DNA of 64,000 nt from Clostridiales bacterium (GCA_004554085.1 SFNY01000009.1:14060-78059); one strand, 5' to 3'. Positions 15,217-25,501 are shown, counted from the first letter of the stretch. Numbers and translations are program-made. Notes: generated by a model not told the origin, from the letters alone.

Positions 15217-16789
15217 GCTGCTGCTGCGGGTGCAGACCTGCAACCTGTTCGGCATAAACGAGGCGCGCTACGGCAAAAGGGGCAAGCAGCGCGGCGCGCG
15301 CATCGCGCTGATGTTCGCGATGGCGCTGGTGACGCTGGTGCTCTGCGGCTATGTGGCGGGGCTGTGCTATGCGCTCTGCGTCATCGGCGCGGGGGAGAGC
15401 ATTCCCATGCTGCTGGCGCTGGTGACCGGCGTGGTGGTACTGATGCTGACCATGTTCCGCGCGGGCCCAGTGATCTTCGACCTGCACAGTTACGAGCAGC
15501 TGATTTCGCTGCCGCTGCGGCCCACGGCCATCGTGATCAGCCGCTTTCTGCGCATGTATCTCTCCAACGCAGCGATGGCGCTGGCGGTGCTGCTGCCGGG
15601 CATGATCGTGGTCGTGGCAATGCTGCATCCGGGCGCTGCCTACTGCGTCATGATGCTGCTGGGTGCGCTGGTGCTGCCGCTGATTCCCATGACCATCGCA
15701 ATGCTGCTGGGCGCGCTGGTGTACGCGATTTCCGCGCGAATGCGCAGGCGCAGTCTGGCGGTGATCGTGCTGACGCTGCTGATGACGCTGCTGCTGATCG
15801 CAGGCGCGATGCTGCTGTCCACGGTGGACGACATGGACGATGCGCGGGTGCTGGGGCTGATCACCGCGCTGGTGAACCGCATCGGCAGCTTCTATCCGCC
15901 CGCACAGTGGTTCGGGCGCTGCGTGGCGGGCGGCAGCATCTCAGGCTTCCTCGCGCTGGCGGCAGGCTCCCTGGCCTTCTTCGCGCTGGTGGCCAGTGTG
16001 ATCGGTGCGAACTTCCACCGCATCTGCGCGGCCCTGAGCACACGGGCGACCCGGGGACACTACGCGATGTCCGCCCAGCGGCAGAGCACGGCCTTCGCCG
16101 CGCTGTACCGCCGGGAGCTGCGCCGCTACGCCGCCTCGCCGGTGTACGTGATGAACACGCTCATCGGCGGCCTGATTGCGGTGCTGATGGGCGTGGGCGC
16201 GCTGGTCGCGATGAGGCGTGTTCCGCTGCTGCCTGAGCTGTTCTCCGAGATGGGCGCGCTCCCGGCGATTCCCTTCGTGGTGGCCTTCATGTTTGTTATT
16301 GCGCCCAGCACCAGCTGCTCCATCTCCCTGGAGGGACGGCAGTGGTGGCAGATCAAGTGCCTGCCTGTGTCGGATCGCCAGATTCTCGACGCGAAATTTG
16401 CGCTCTATCTGACGCTTACGCTGCCATGCTGGGCGGCGGCGGTGCTGCTGCTGGCGGCGGCGCTGCGTCCGTCGGGCGTGGAGCTTATGTGGCTGCTGCT
16501 GGTTCCGCTTTGCTACATCCTGTTCTCCGGCGCGCTGGGCATGCGCATGAACCTGGCGCTGCCCTCGTTCAATTGGGAGAACGAGAACCAACCGGTGAAG
16601 CAGAGCCGGGCGGTGGGCTTTACCATGCTGCTGGGCTTTGCGGCCTCGGCGCTGCCCGCTGCGGGCGCGATTGTTCTGCCGGAGGAAGTGGGCCGCTGGC
16701 TCCCCGCCGTTGCGGCGGTCGCTCTGCTTGCCGGAGCGCTGCTGCTGTACCGAAGCTGCATGCGTGTCCGGCTGCGGGAGCTGAACTGA
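15200..16789 (+). CDS. ABC exporter permease (multi-pass membrane protein)
   Basis: 529 aa and very hydrophobic throughout. Overlaps the ATPase gene by 17 nt. Confidence 0.7.
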   Translation: MLRQIKLLLRVQTCNLFGINEARYGKRGKQRGARIALMFAMALVTLVLCGYVAGLCYALCVIGAGESIPMLLALVTGVVVLMLTMFRAGPVIFDLHSYEQLISLPLRPTAIVISRFLRMYLSNAAMALAVLLPGMIVVVAMLHPGAAYCVMMLLGALVLPLIPMTIAMLLGALVYAISARMRRRSLAVIVLTLLMTLLLIAGAMLLSTVDDMDDARVLGLITALVNRIGSFYPPAQWFGRCVAGGSISGFLALAAGSLAFFALVASVIGANFHRICAALSTRATRGHYAMSAQRQSTAFAALYRRELRRYAASPVYVMNTLIGGLIAVLMGVGALVAMRRVPLLPELFSEMGALPAIPFVVAFMFVIAPSTSCSISLEGRQWWQIKCLPVSDRQILDAKFALYLTLTLPCWAAAVLLLAAALRPSGVELMWLLLVPLCYILFSGALGMRMNLALPSFNWENENQPVKQSRAVGFTMLLGFAASALPAAGAIVLPEEVGRWLPAVAAVALLAGALLLYRSCMRVRLRELN

Positions 16790-16917
16790 GCTTAGACAGA
16801 ACTTGAATTGTGTATTTTTATTGAGTAGATGTAAATTTCGTTGAAAACTGTTTGTTTCTGTTTGGGTTTGTTGTATAATGATACTATCCGGAGGATAATA
16901 CAAGGAGGTTTACCAGC

Positions 16918-17559
16918 GTGATTGTATCGAAGAGAAAGCCCGTTGAAGAAGTGCTGGCCATGCTCGAAGGCGTGAAGAAGGTCGCAATTGTCGGCTGCCA
17001 CGAGTGTGCACTGGCTTGCAAGGTTGGCGGCGACGACGAGGTCGCCGAATGGAAGCAGCTGCTGGAGTCCAAGGGTTATCAGGTCACCGCGACCGCAATG
17101 CCTACGGAGAGCTGCCTGAACTTCCACGTCCGCAAGGCAGCCAAGGAGCTGCTGAAGGGTCAGCCCGAGGCGATTCTGTCCCTGGCCTGCGGCTCCGGCG
17201 TGCAGACTGTTGCGCAGAACGTGAAGAACATTCCGGTCTATCCCGGCAGCAACACCATGTTCATCGGCCAGGTCGAGCGCGTCGGCCACTTCAATGAGAT
17301 GTGCCGCATGTGCGGCGACTGCGTGCTGGGCCAGACCGGCGCGATCTGCCCCGTCACCAAGTGCGCCAAGTCCCTGGTCAACGGCCCCTGCGGCGGCGCG
17401 AAGAACGGCAAGTGCGAAGTGAACCCCGAGAACGATTGTGCGTGGATCATGATCTACAACAAGCTCGAGGCCATGGGTCAGCTGGACAAGCTGGCTGTGG
17501 ACATCGAGGACAAGGATTATGACGGCAAGAGCTGGCCGCGCAGCGTCGAAGTGAAGTAA
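16918..17559 (+). CDS. metV: Methylenetetrahydrofolate reductase small subunit MetV (MTHFR C-terminal-domain FeS protein)
   Basis: GTG start at 16918 with AAGGAGG RBS. Motifs 'VGCHECALAC' and 'CPVTKCAKSLVNGPCGGAKNGKCEV'. Confidence 0.85.
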   Translation: MIVSKRKPVEEVLAMLEGVKKVAIVGCHECALACKVGGDDEVAEWKQLLESKGYQVTATAMPTESCLNFHVRKAAKELLKGQPEAILSLACGSGVQTVAQNVKNIPVYPGSNTMFIGQVERVGHFNEMCRMCGDCVLGQTGAICPVTKCAKSLVNGPCGGAKNGKCEVNPENDCAWIMIYNKLEAMGQLDKLAVDIEDKDYDGKSWPRSVEVK

Positions 17560-17575
17560 GAAGGAGGGCGAAGCA

Positions 17576-18496
17576 ATGAGCGTACTGGAGCAGGCCCTGG
17601 AAAATGGCGTATTTGGCATCACCGCTGAAATGGCCCCCCCGAAGGGCTACGATTTTACCGAGGAAATGAAAGTCGCCGAGTGCCTGAAGGGCATTGTGCA
17701 CGGCGTGAACGTGACGGACATGCAGTCCGCGTCCCTGAAGGCCTCCTCGCTGGGCTTCTGCATCGCGCTGAAGCAGCACGGCCTGGAGCCCATCATCCAG
17801 ATGACCGGTCGCGATCGCTCCCGCATGGCGATCATGGGCGACATGCTCTCCGCAGCGGCCTTCGGCATCGACACCATGCTGGCCCTGACCGGCGACCACA
17901 CCACCGTGGGCGACTGCAAGGCCTCCAAGCCCGTGTTCGATCTGGACTCCGTGGGCATCCTGAAGATGCTCTCCAAGATGGAAGCCACCGGCAAGGACTG
18001 CGGCGGCAACGAGCTGACCTCCACGCCCCACTTCTACAAGGGCGCGGCCGTCACCCCCGTGTATGAGCCCATCTTCCTTCAGATCAACAAGCTGAAGAAG
18101 AAGGTGGACGCGGGCGCGAAGTATGTCCAGACCCAGGGCATCTTCACCGTCGAGGCGCTGGAGACCTTCATGGAGCAGGTCGCCAAGGCCAACATCAAGG
18201 TGCACGTCATGGCCGGCATCATCCCGCTGAAGGCCGCTGGCATGGCAAAGTACATGAACGCCAACGTGCCGGGCATCGCCGTTCCGGACGACCAGATCGA
18301 AAAGCTGGCCGCTGCGGCTGCCGAGGGCAAGGAGAAGGGCGTGAAGGGTCTGCCGATGCAGGCGGGCATCGAGATGGCCGCGAACCTCTGCCGCGAGATC
18401 AAGGAGCGCAAGCTCTGCGACGGCATCCATCTGATGACCATCGGTGCGGAGAAGAACATCCCCACCATCCTGGAGAAGGCTGGCATCGCCATCTGA
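17576..18496 (+). CDS. metF: 5,10-methylenetetrahydrofolate reductase
   Basis: 306 aa with an MTHFR-family TIM-barrel sequence. Starts 16 nt after metV. Confidence 0.85.
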   Translation: MSVLEQALENGVFGITAEMAPPKGYDFTEEMKVAECLKGIVHGVNVTDMQSASLKASSLGFCIALKQHGLEPIIQMTGRDRSRMAIMGDMLSAAAFGIDTMLALTGDHTTVGDCKASKPVFDLDSVGILKMLSKMEATGKDCGGNELTSTPHFYKGAAVTPVYEPIFLQINKLKKKVDAGAKYVQTQGIFTVEALETFMEQVAKANIKVHVMAGIIPLKAAGMAKYMNANVPGIAVPDDQIEKLAAAAAEGKEKGVKGLPMQAGIEMAANLCREIKERKLCDGIHLMTIGAEKNIPTILEKAGIAI

Positions 18497-18575
18497 TTCC
18501 ATTGAACCACACATCCCCGCGCCCGGATCGGGTGCGGGGATTTCTGATATAATCTTCAAATAGGGAGGCGGAAGC

Positions 18576-19565
18576 ATGTACCAGCCCTCGGAACAGCGAT
18601 ACGACGAGATGACCTACAAGCGCTGCGGCAACAGCGGACTCAAGCTGCCCCGGCTGTCCATCGGCCTGTGGCACAACTTCGGAAGCATCACGCCCTTCGG
18701 CACCCAGCAGGCGATCCTGCGCACTGCGTTTGATAACGGCGTCACCCACTTCGATCTGGCGGACAACTATGGTCCGCCCTACGGCGAGGCGGAGCGCAAT
18801 TTCGGCATCCATATGGATCGGGACTGGCGGCCCCACCGCGACGAGCTGGTGATCTCCACCAAGGCGGGCTACGACATGTGGGCGGGGCCCTACGGCAACT
18901 ATGGCAGCCGCAAGCACCTGATCGCCGGTCTGGACGCGAGCCTGAAGCGCATGCATCTGGACTACGTGGACGTCTTCTACCACCACCGCCCCGACCCGGA
19001 GACGCCGCTGGAGGAGACCATGGGCGCGCTGGATTCCATCGTGCGCAGCGGCAAGGCGCTGTACGTGGGCATCTCCAACTATCCGGCGGAGCGCACAGCC
19101 GAGGCGGTCCGCATCCTGCGCGAACTGGGAACGCCGCTGCTGATCCATCAGGCGAAGTATTCCATGTTCGTGCGCACGCCCGAGGAGGGCCTGCTGGACG
19201 TGCTGCGCCGGGAGGGCGTGGGCATGATCGCCTTCTCGCCGCTGAACAACGGTGTGCTGACGGACAAGTATCTGCACGGTATCCCGGCGGATTCCCGGGC
19301 GGGTCACGACCCGCGCTACCTGAAGCCGGAGATGATCACACCGGAGAAGCTGCGCAAGGTGGAGCAGCTCAACGAAATGGCACAAGCGCGGGGACAGAGT
19401 CTTGCGCAGATGGCGCTGCGCTGGGAGCTGCGGGATCCGGTGGTAACCTCCGCGCTGATCGGCGCGAGTCGCCCGGAGCAGATTCTGGAGAACCTGCGCG
19501 CCTTCGATGCGCCGGAGCTGAGCACAGACGAGCTTGCGGCCATCGATGCAATTCTGAACAGCTAA
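18576..19565 (+). CDS. Aldo/keto reductase (YghZ/Tas-like)
   Basis: 329 aa. Motifs 'GVTHFDLADNYG', 'ISTKAG', 'YVDVFYHHRPD', 'GISNY'. Confidence 0.85.
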   Translation: MYQPSEQRYDEMTYKRCGNSGLKLPRLSIGLWHNFGSITPFGTQQAILRTAFDNGVTHFDLADNYGPPYGEAERNFGIHMDRDWRPHRDELVISTKAGYDMWAGPYGNYGSRKHLIAGLDASLKRMHLDYVDVFYHHRPDPETPLEETMGALDSIVRSGKALYVGISNYPAERTAEAVRILRELGTPLLIHQAKYSMFVRTPEEGLLDVLRREGVGMIAFSPLNNGVLTDKYLHGIPADSRAGHDPRYLKPEMITPEKLRKVEQLNEMAQARGQSLAQMALRWELRDPVVTSALIGASRPEQILENLRAFDAPELSTDELAAIDAILNS

Positions 19566-20476
19566 ATATGTATACCGGACGCGCCGGAGCGCGACGGCGG
19601 GGGCAGGCGGTAGGCCTTCAGCTCCCCGAGCGTCGCCTCCGGCGCGCCGCCGTCGATCAGGTGGCGCAGTATGCTGTTTTCGTCTACCAGCGCGCGGGGG
19701 AGGTTCCTGTCGGTGAGCAGGAACCAGCAGCGCTCTCGGGGCCGTAGAAGCTCCAGCGCCCGCTGTACGGGCGTTTCTGCGGGGAGCTGGGTGATGCGCA
19801 CGCGCCGGATAGAGGCGTTCTCCAGCGCGTCTCCGAGCCGCTGCGCGCGGGCTCTGGCCCAGGCGGCGGATTCGTCCGGGCCGGACGCGAGCAGGAACAC
19901 GGCGGCGAGGATCAGCGTGAGGTTCCACCTGCCGCTGCGTATGCCCAAAAGAACTGCGACGGCGATTAGCACGGCGGCGAGGGCGCGGCTCAGCCAGATT
20001 CCCAGGCGCAGCGCGCGGGATTCGCCCAGCGGACGCTGGAGCAGGGCGTAGAGTGCGCGCCCGCCGTCCAGGGGGAGGGCGGGCAGCAGGTTGAACAGCA
20101 TCAGCGTCAGGTTCAGCTGAAACAGCGCCGCAGCGGCGGAGGCCTGCACCAGACCCCACTGGGTCAGCGCCGCGCAGAGCACGATGAGCACAAGGTTGGC
20201 GGCGGGTCCTGCGAGGGCCACGGCGACCAGCCGCGCGGGGGGAATGCGGTAGGGATTTTCCATCTTTGCGCTGCCGCCGAAGGGCAGAAGCTGAATCTCG
20301 GCGATCTTCACGCCCGCAAGGCGCGCCGCCAGCAGGTGGGCAAGCTCGTGGGCACTCAGGGCGATGGCCATGGCGGGAAGATCGGCGCGCATGCCCAGGC
20401 GTGCGGCCAGAAGCGGCGTCAGCAGCGCAAGCAGCGGCAGTCTGAATTGCACGCCGAGGGCGCGAAAGCGGATCAA
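19562..20476 (-). CDS. spoIVFB: Site-2 (M50) intramembrane metalloprotease with C-terminal CBS-like region, SpoIVFB-like
   Basis: 304 aa. Motifs 'HELAHLLAA' (HExxH) and 'NLLPALPLDGG'. Overlaps the upstream gene by 4 nt. Confidence 0.8.
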   Translation of the reverse strand: MIRFRALGVQFRLPLLALLTPLLAARLGMRADLPAMAIALSAHELAHLLAARLAGVKIAEIQLLPFGGSAKMENPYRIPPARLVAVALAGPAANLVLIVLCAALTQWGLVQASAAAALFQLNLTLMLFNLLPALPLDGGRALYALLQRPLGESRALRLGIWLSRALAAVLIAVAVLLGIRSGRWNLTLILAAVFLLASGPDESAAWARARAQRLGDALENASIRRVRITQLPAETPVQRALELLRPRERCWFLLTDRNLPRALVDENSILRHLIDGGAPEATLGELKAYRLPPPSRSGASGIHI

Positions 20477-21159
20477 AGGCCCATGGCCTCCGTGGGATCG
20501 GCGCTCTCGCCGCCCTGGCGAAGCTCGAAGTAGACGCTGTCCCCGGCGAAGCCGAGTTGCGCGCCGCGCATGAGCTTATCTCCGCTCTGCACCGCGACCT
20601 CGATCAGGCAAGCGGTGACGCTCTCGCGGCCCTCGCCGTGGTCGATCAGCACGCCGTAGCTGCCGTCAGAGAGCCGGCTGATAGCGGAGACGGTGCCGTC
20701 GGCCACCGCACAGACTCCTTCTCCGGCCTCCGTATCGAACATCAGCCAGGGCTGAGAGGTCGTGTAGGCGTGGGTCAGCTCGCCCTGCACCGGCTGGAGC
20801 AGCTCATGGTCGCCGGAGAGGTTGAAGAATACCAGCGCGGACTCGGGCATCAGATTCCGCACGAAGCTAAGCTGGCCGAGGGACTCGTCCAGATCGATCT
20901 TCATGGTCAGCGCCTGCTCGATGCCGTCCGCAGCCTTTTTGGCCCAGGGCTGTTCCAGATTTCCCAGTGCGAGGACGCCCAGCAGCACTGCGCAGGCCAG
21001 AAAGCAGTTGCGCAGCAGCCGCTCCTGAAAGCTCAAACCCGGGCGAAGGCGGGTTCTGCGGCGGGTTTGGGTGCGAAAGCGGCGACCGGGTGCAGGCTCC
21101 GGCGCGGATTCGGGCTTGCTTGCGGTATGAATGGACAGTTTCAGATCGTTTGAAGCCAT
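20473..21159 (-). CDS. SpoIVFA-like membrane protein with a degenerate LytM/M23 domain
   Basis: 228 aa with one TM segment. The M23-like core 'GVLIDHGEG..' lacks the HxH catalytic pair. Translationally coupled to the M50 protease gene. Confidence 0.6.
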   Translation of the reverse strand: MASNDLKLSIHTASKPESAPEPAPGRRFRTQTRRRTRLRPGLSFQERLLRNCFLACAVLLGVLALGNLEQPWAKKAADGIEQALTMKIDLDESLGQLSFVRNLMPESALVFFNLSGDHELLQPVQGELTHAYTTSQPWLMFDTEAGEGVCAVADGTVSAISRLSDGSYGVLIDHGEGRESVTACLIEVAVQSGDKLMRGAQLGFAGDSVYFELRQGGESADPTEAMGL

Positions 21160-21213
21160 GAAAAATCCCTCCTGTCACGAAAGCATATGCGGACAGGAGG
21201 GATTTTTTGCGCG

Positions 21214-22449
21214 TCAGAGCTTGCGGACGCGCACGTTGCGCACGCGGCGGTGGCTCTCCTTCTGGCGGGCGCGCATGATGACGTTCTCAGCCAGACCGAT
21301 GGCCATCATATTGGTCAGCATGTTGGAGCCGCCGTAGCTCATGAACGGCAGGGGGATGCCGGTGACCGGCAGCAGGCCGATGACCATGCCGATGTTTTCC
21401 ACTACGTGGAACAGCATCATGGCGAACACGCCGACGACCACGTAGGAGCCGAAGGGATCCTCAATGCGCATGCTCTGGTACAGCAGACGGCCCAGCAGCA
21501 GCACGTATCCCAGCACCAGCAGGCACGCGCCCACCAGGCCGAAGGATTCGCCCACGATGGAGAAGATGAAGTCGGTGTGGTCGTCCGAGATGTAGCCCAG
21601 GGAGGCGAAGCTGCCGGGGGAGACCAGGCCCTTGCCGAACAGGCCACCGGAGCCCAGGGCGATCTGGCCGTTGATGACCTGGCGCGCCTCATCCGGGTAG
21701 GACTCGGGGTCCAGCCAGATCAGGATGCGGGTCAGGCGGAAGTTGTCCGCGCTGGAGTTGTTCAGGAAGTACCACACGGGGATGAAGATCAGCACCGCGC
21801 AGGCGACGACGCTGGCGATCAGCTTCCAGTTCGTGCCGGAGACCCACACCATGACGCAGAATACGGCCATGTACACCAGCGCCGTGCCCACGTCCGGCTG
21901 CGCAAGGATCAGCACCATCGGCAGTGCCATGAACAGCACCAGCGGGATGATGTCCCGCATGTGCATGACCGGCTTCATGCGCACGGAGAAGGCCTTGGCG
22001 AAGCAGATAATCATGATGACCTTGCCCAGCTCCGAGGGCTGGAAGCCGCGGTCGCTGCCCCAGGTGAAGAAGGCGCTCATGCCGCCGCGACCGGCCTCCA
22101 CGCCCAGAACGAACAGCAGCATCAGCAGGTTGATGACGTAGAGGGTGTTGGCGTACTTGCCGTAGAGCTCGTAGTTGAAGTAGATGATGACGAACATGGC
22201 CACCACGCCGGCGACGATCCAGATCAACTGCAGACGCGGGTAGGTCAGCGACTGGGTGCGCAGCATCTCCATGATCGTGGCGGGCTTTTCGGTGACCTCC
22301 GAGCTGGTGGCGCTGAAGATGGTGACGACGCCGAACAGCGAAATCGCCAGCACGTTGAGAAACAGGGGCCAATCGAAGTAGCGCATCAGGCTTCGGTCGA
22401 ACTGGCCCTCGCGCAGACCCTTGAAAAACGCGACGATTCTTGAGAACAT
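21214..22449 (-). CDS. rodA: SEDS-family peptidoglycan glycosyltransferase (RodA/FtsW/SpoVE)
   Basis: 411 aa polytopic protein. C-terminal 'LPVTGIPLPFMSYGGS' SEDS signature. Lies next to mrdA. Confidence 0.85.
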   Translation of the reverse strand: MFSRIVAFFKGLREGQFDRSLMRYFDWPLFLNVLAISLFGVVTIFSATSSEVTEKPATIMEMLRTQSLTYPRLQLIWIVAGVVAMFVIIYFNYELYGKYANTLYVINLLMLLFVLGVEAGRGGMSAFFTWGSDRGFQPSELGKVIMIICFAKAFSVRMKPVMHMRDIIPLVLFMALPMVLILAQPDVGTALVYMAVFCVMVWVSGTNWKLIASVVACAVLIFIPVWYFLNNSSADNFRLTRILIWLDPESYPDEARQVINGQIALGSGGLFGKGLVSPGSFASLGYISDDHTDFIFSIVGESFGLVGACLLVLGYVLLLGRLLYQSMRIEDPFGSYVVVGVFAMMLFHVVENIGMVIGLLPVTGIPLPFMSYGGSNMLTNMMAIGLAENVIMRARQKESHRRVRNVRVRKL

Positions 22450-22465
22450 CTTTGACTCCTTTGGA

Positions 22466-24922
22466 TCAGTCGGCGATGGAGTATTCCGCGCCGACTGCGG
22501 TGTTTTCCGTGCCCTTCAGGCCGTCCAGATAGGCTTCGATGACGGCGATCAGCGCAGGGGAGGCCTGCGCACCGGCGTAACCGTTCTGAATGTAGACGAC
22601 GACCACGATCTGAGGATTGTCCGCAGGCGCGTAGCCCACGATCCAGGCGTTGTTTTCCACGTCCAGCTCGGTTCTCTGGGAGGTTCCGGTCTTGGCAGCA
22701 ATGGAGTACTCGGTATTCTGGAAGTATTTACCTGCGGTTCCGCCGTCCTCCATGCTGGTCACGTCCTTCATGCCCTCCTGAATCAGCGCAAAGTAGTAGG
22801 GATCGGTGGTGATCTGGTTGGCGATCACCGGCTCCTTCTCCAGCACCACGGTGCCGTCGGCGGCGATGATCTTGTCCACGATCTGCGCGTCGTACACGGT
22901 GCCGCCGTTGGCGATGGCGGATACGTAGCGTGCGACGGCGATAGGGGTCAGCTGGGTGATGGACTGGCCGATGCCCAGCATGATCGTCTCATTGGGCGTC
23001 CAGAATATATCCTGCAGGTAGGTGACGAACTCGTTGACCAGGAAGTTGTTCGTGATGTAGCTGGAGGGGATGCCCAGGTCGTACTGGAGCACCTCGCGGA
23101 TGGGGGCGAGCCAGTCGTTCTTGGTGTCGTAGGAGACGGAGATCTTCAGCAGGGACGTGACGGCGCTCTCCACGACCTCCTCGCTCAGATCCATGCCGCG
23201 CGCGTCGGAGATCTCATAGATGCGCTCCCGGATCGCCTTGGCCGCCAGCAGGGGCTTCGCGGTGTACTGGTTGTTGACGGCGTAGTTGGGATCGTAGAGC
23301 ATGTCCTGGTTGCCCACGAAGCTGGTGGTCTCGCCGGGCAGCTCAATGTTGGTCTTGGTGGTCAGTCCCAGCCTGGCAGCCCACTCGTAGAGCTTGGTCA
23401 CGCCCAGGCGGTAGCTGGTTTCGTAGAAGTAGTAGTTGCAGGAGTTTTTGATGGCCTCCATGACGGTCTGGTTCGTGTGCTTGTAGCGCTGTGACGAGGC
23501 AATCCAGCATTTCGCGGGGTTGTAGGTGTTGGTCTTGGTGAAGGCGCCGATGTCGTCGATGGTCTCGCTGGGGGTAATGGCGCCTTCTGCGAGGCCCGCC
23601 AGCGCGGTGCACAGCTTGAAGATGGAACCGGGGGTGTCGCCGGTGGAGATGGCGCGGTTGTACAGGGGATCGTTGAGCTCCAGCACGGCGTTCCACTTGG
23701 CATTGTCCACCGTACCGCCGTTAAACATGGACAGGTCGTACTCAGGGTAGCTGATCATGCCCAGCACCCGGCCGGAGTTGGGATCCATGGCGACGATTGC
23801 GCCGGATTCCGCCAGCGCGATCTCACGCTCGGCCTCTTCATACTGGGCCAGAATCTCTGCGTTGTCCTTCTGCCAGGACTCCTTGGCAATCAGCTCCACC
23901 TGGGTCTCGCGGATGCTTGCGATGGTGTCCACCAGCGCGTCGGTCATGGCCTTTTCCAGATCCACGTCGATGGTCAGCACCACGGAGTTGCCGTCGGTGG
24001 GGGCGGTGTAGTTCAGCTCGCGCACGACCTTGCCGCGGGTGTTGCGCTCCACCTCGCGGCTGCCCTGGCGGTAGGAGACGTAGGGGGAGAGCTGATCCTC
24101 CAGCGAGTATTCGATGCCCGCCGCGCCGATGAAGGCGTCGTTGGGGTAGCCCTTGCTCTGGTAGCTCTCCAGCTGAGTGGCCGAGATCTTGCTGATGTAG
24201 CCCACCTCGTGGCAGGCCACGGTTCCCTGGGGATAGACGCGGGTGGAGGATTCACTGATGTCCACGCCGTCCAGCTCCATGGACTTGGATTCGATCTCGG
24301 AGACGGTCTCGAAGCCCACGTCGTAGGCGATGGTGACGGGCAGGGAGTTGAAGGAGTTCATGCGGGACTCCTGCCACAGCGACAGCACCTTCACGATCAT
24401 GTCCTCGTCCAGATCCTTGGGGATGCAGTACTTCTCCAGCAGCGTGTCGAAGAGCTCCTCCTCGGGGACGTTGGTCATGTAGAAGTTGGCGCGCCACTGG
24501 CGCTCGCGCGAGGCCTCCACGGTCTCGCTGCTGGAGCCGGAGTTGAAGCGCCACGCGCCGGTCTCGTCCTTCTTCAGCCAGAAGCTGTTGACGGTGGTCT
24601 TGCCGTTGGATTCGATCAGGCGGATCACGTCGATGAGCACCTGGGTGTAGTTTGCGCGATCCGCCTCGGTGGACTTGGTGGGGTCGCGGTAGAAGGTGAC
24701 GTTGTAGCTGGTCTCGTCATAGGCCAGCGGAACCATGTTGGTATCGTAGATGGTGCCGCGCTTGCCGTAGACCGTGATGGTCTTGGTGGACTTGGTGGAA
24801 GCGCGGGCCACGTAGCTTTCGGAATTGGAGACGATCATGCTGTACAGCCGGACGAACATCGCACCGAACACGAATACCAGTATGGCCGCCATAATCAGAA
24901 TTCGACCTTTGTAGGGCTTCAA
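22466..24922 (-). CDS. mrdA: Penicillin-binding protein 2 (class B transpeptidase)
   Basis: 818 aa. Motifs 'PGSIFK' (SxxK) and 'KTGT', N-terminal TM anchor. Overlaps mreD by 4 nt. Confidence 0.85.
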   Translation of the reverse strand: MKPYKGRILIMAAILVFVFGAMFVRLYSMIVSNSESYVARASTKSTKTITVYGKRGTIYDTNMVPLAYDETSYNVTFYRDPTKSTEADRANYTQVLIDVIRLIESNGKTTVNSFWLKKDETGAWRFNSGSSSETVEASRERQWRANFYMTNVPEEELFDTLLEKYCIPKDLDEDMIVKVLSLWQESRMNSFNSLPVTIAYDVGFETVSEIESKSMELDGVDISESSTRVYPQGTVACHEVGYISKISATQLESYQSKGYPNDAFIGAAGIEYSLEDQLSPYVSYRQGSREVERNTRGKVVRELNYTAPTDGNSVVLTIDVDLEKAMTDALVDTIASIRETQVELIAKESWQKDNAEILAQYEEAEREIALAESGAIVAMDPNSGRVLGMISYPEYDLSMFNGGTVDNAKWNAVLELNDPLYNRAISTGDTPGSIFKLCTALAGLAEGAITPSETIDDIGAFTKTNTYNPAKCWIASSQRYKHTNQTVMEAIKNSCNYYFYETSYRLGVTKLYEWAARLGLTTKTNIELPGETTSFVGNQDMLYDPNYAVNNQYTAKPLLAAKAIRERIYEISDARGMDLSEEVVESAVTSLLKISVSYDTKNDWLAPIREVLQYDLGIPSSYITNNFLVNEFVTYLQDIFWTPNETIMLGIGQSITQLTPIAVARYVSAIANGGTVYDAQIVDKIIAADGTVVLEKEPVIANQITTDPYYFALIQEGMKDVTSMEDGGTAGKYFQNTEYSIAAKTGTSQRTELDVENNAWIVGYAPADNPQIVVVVYIQNGYAGAQASPALIAVIEAYLDGLKGTENTAVGAEYSIAD

Positions 24923-25473
24923 AAGTGTTTCACCTCCCGGGTGGATCGCCCTCCGCCGCCCCTGCTGGCCTTGCCGGCGTACAGGCGATGGAAGACGGGA
25001 TGCAGAAGCTGGGTCAGCACGGTGATGAGCGCCACGCGGATGGCGAGGTTGCCCACGTAGACCCAGGTGAATACGGCCGTGGAGAAGTATTGCAGCAGGA
25101 GCATGACCACCTCGTACACGGCGACCAGGACGGCGATCCAGATCATGCGGATGGCGAGGATGTTCAGACGCTCGATGCGATCCATGCTGCGGTCGATCTC
25201 CGGCTGCTGATCCAGCAGAAAGCCGATCAGAAAGCCGATGGCGATGTAGGGGAACAGCTTCATGCCCAGCGTTCCGGCGGTCACGTCCAGCAGAAGGCCG
25301 GCGATCGTGCCGTAGAGCAGGCCGTAGGTGCGGCCCAGCTGCACGCCGATCAGGATCACCACGATCAGCGACAGCGGCAGCGCGAAGCGCCCGCAGTAGA
25401 ACACGGGGATGACCGCGGTGTCCAGCAGCACGCTCAGCAGCACGGTCAGAAGCGGCGCAATTCGTTTCAGCAA
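24919..25473 (-). CDS. mreD: Rod shape-determining protein MreD
   Basis: 184 aa hydrophobic protein located between mreC and mrdA. Confidence 0.75.
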   Translation of the reverse strand: MLKRIAPLLTVLLSVLLDTAVIPVFYCGRFALPLSLIVVILIGVQLGRTYGLLYGTIAGLLLDVTAGTLGMKLFPYIAIGFLIGFLLDQQPEIDRSMDRIERLNILAIRMIWIAVLVAVYEVVMLLLQYFSTAVFTWVYVGNLAIRVALITVLTQLLHPVFHRLYAGKASRGGGGRSTREVKHF

Positions 25474-25501
25474 GGCAGAAACCTCCGTTCAGGCAGGGTT
25501 G

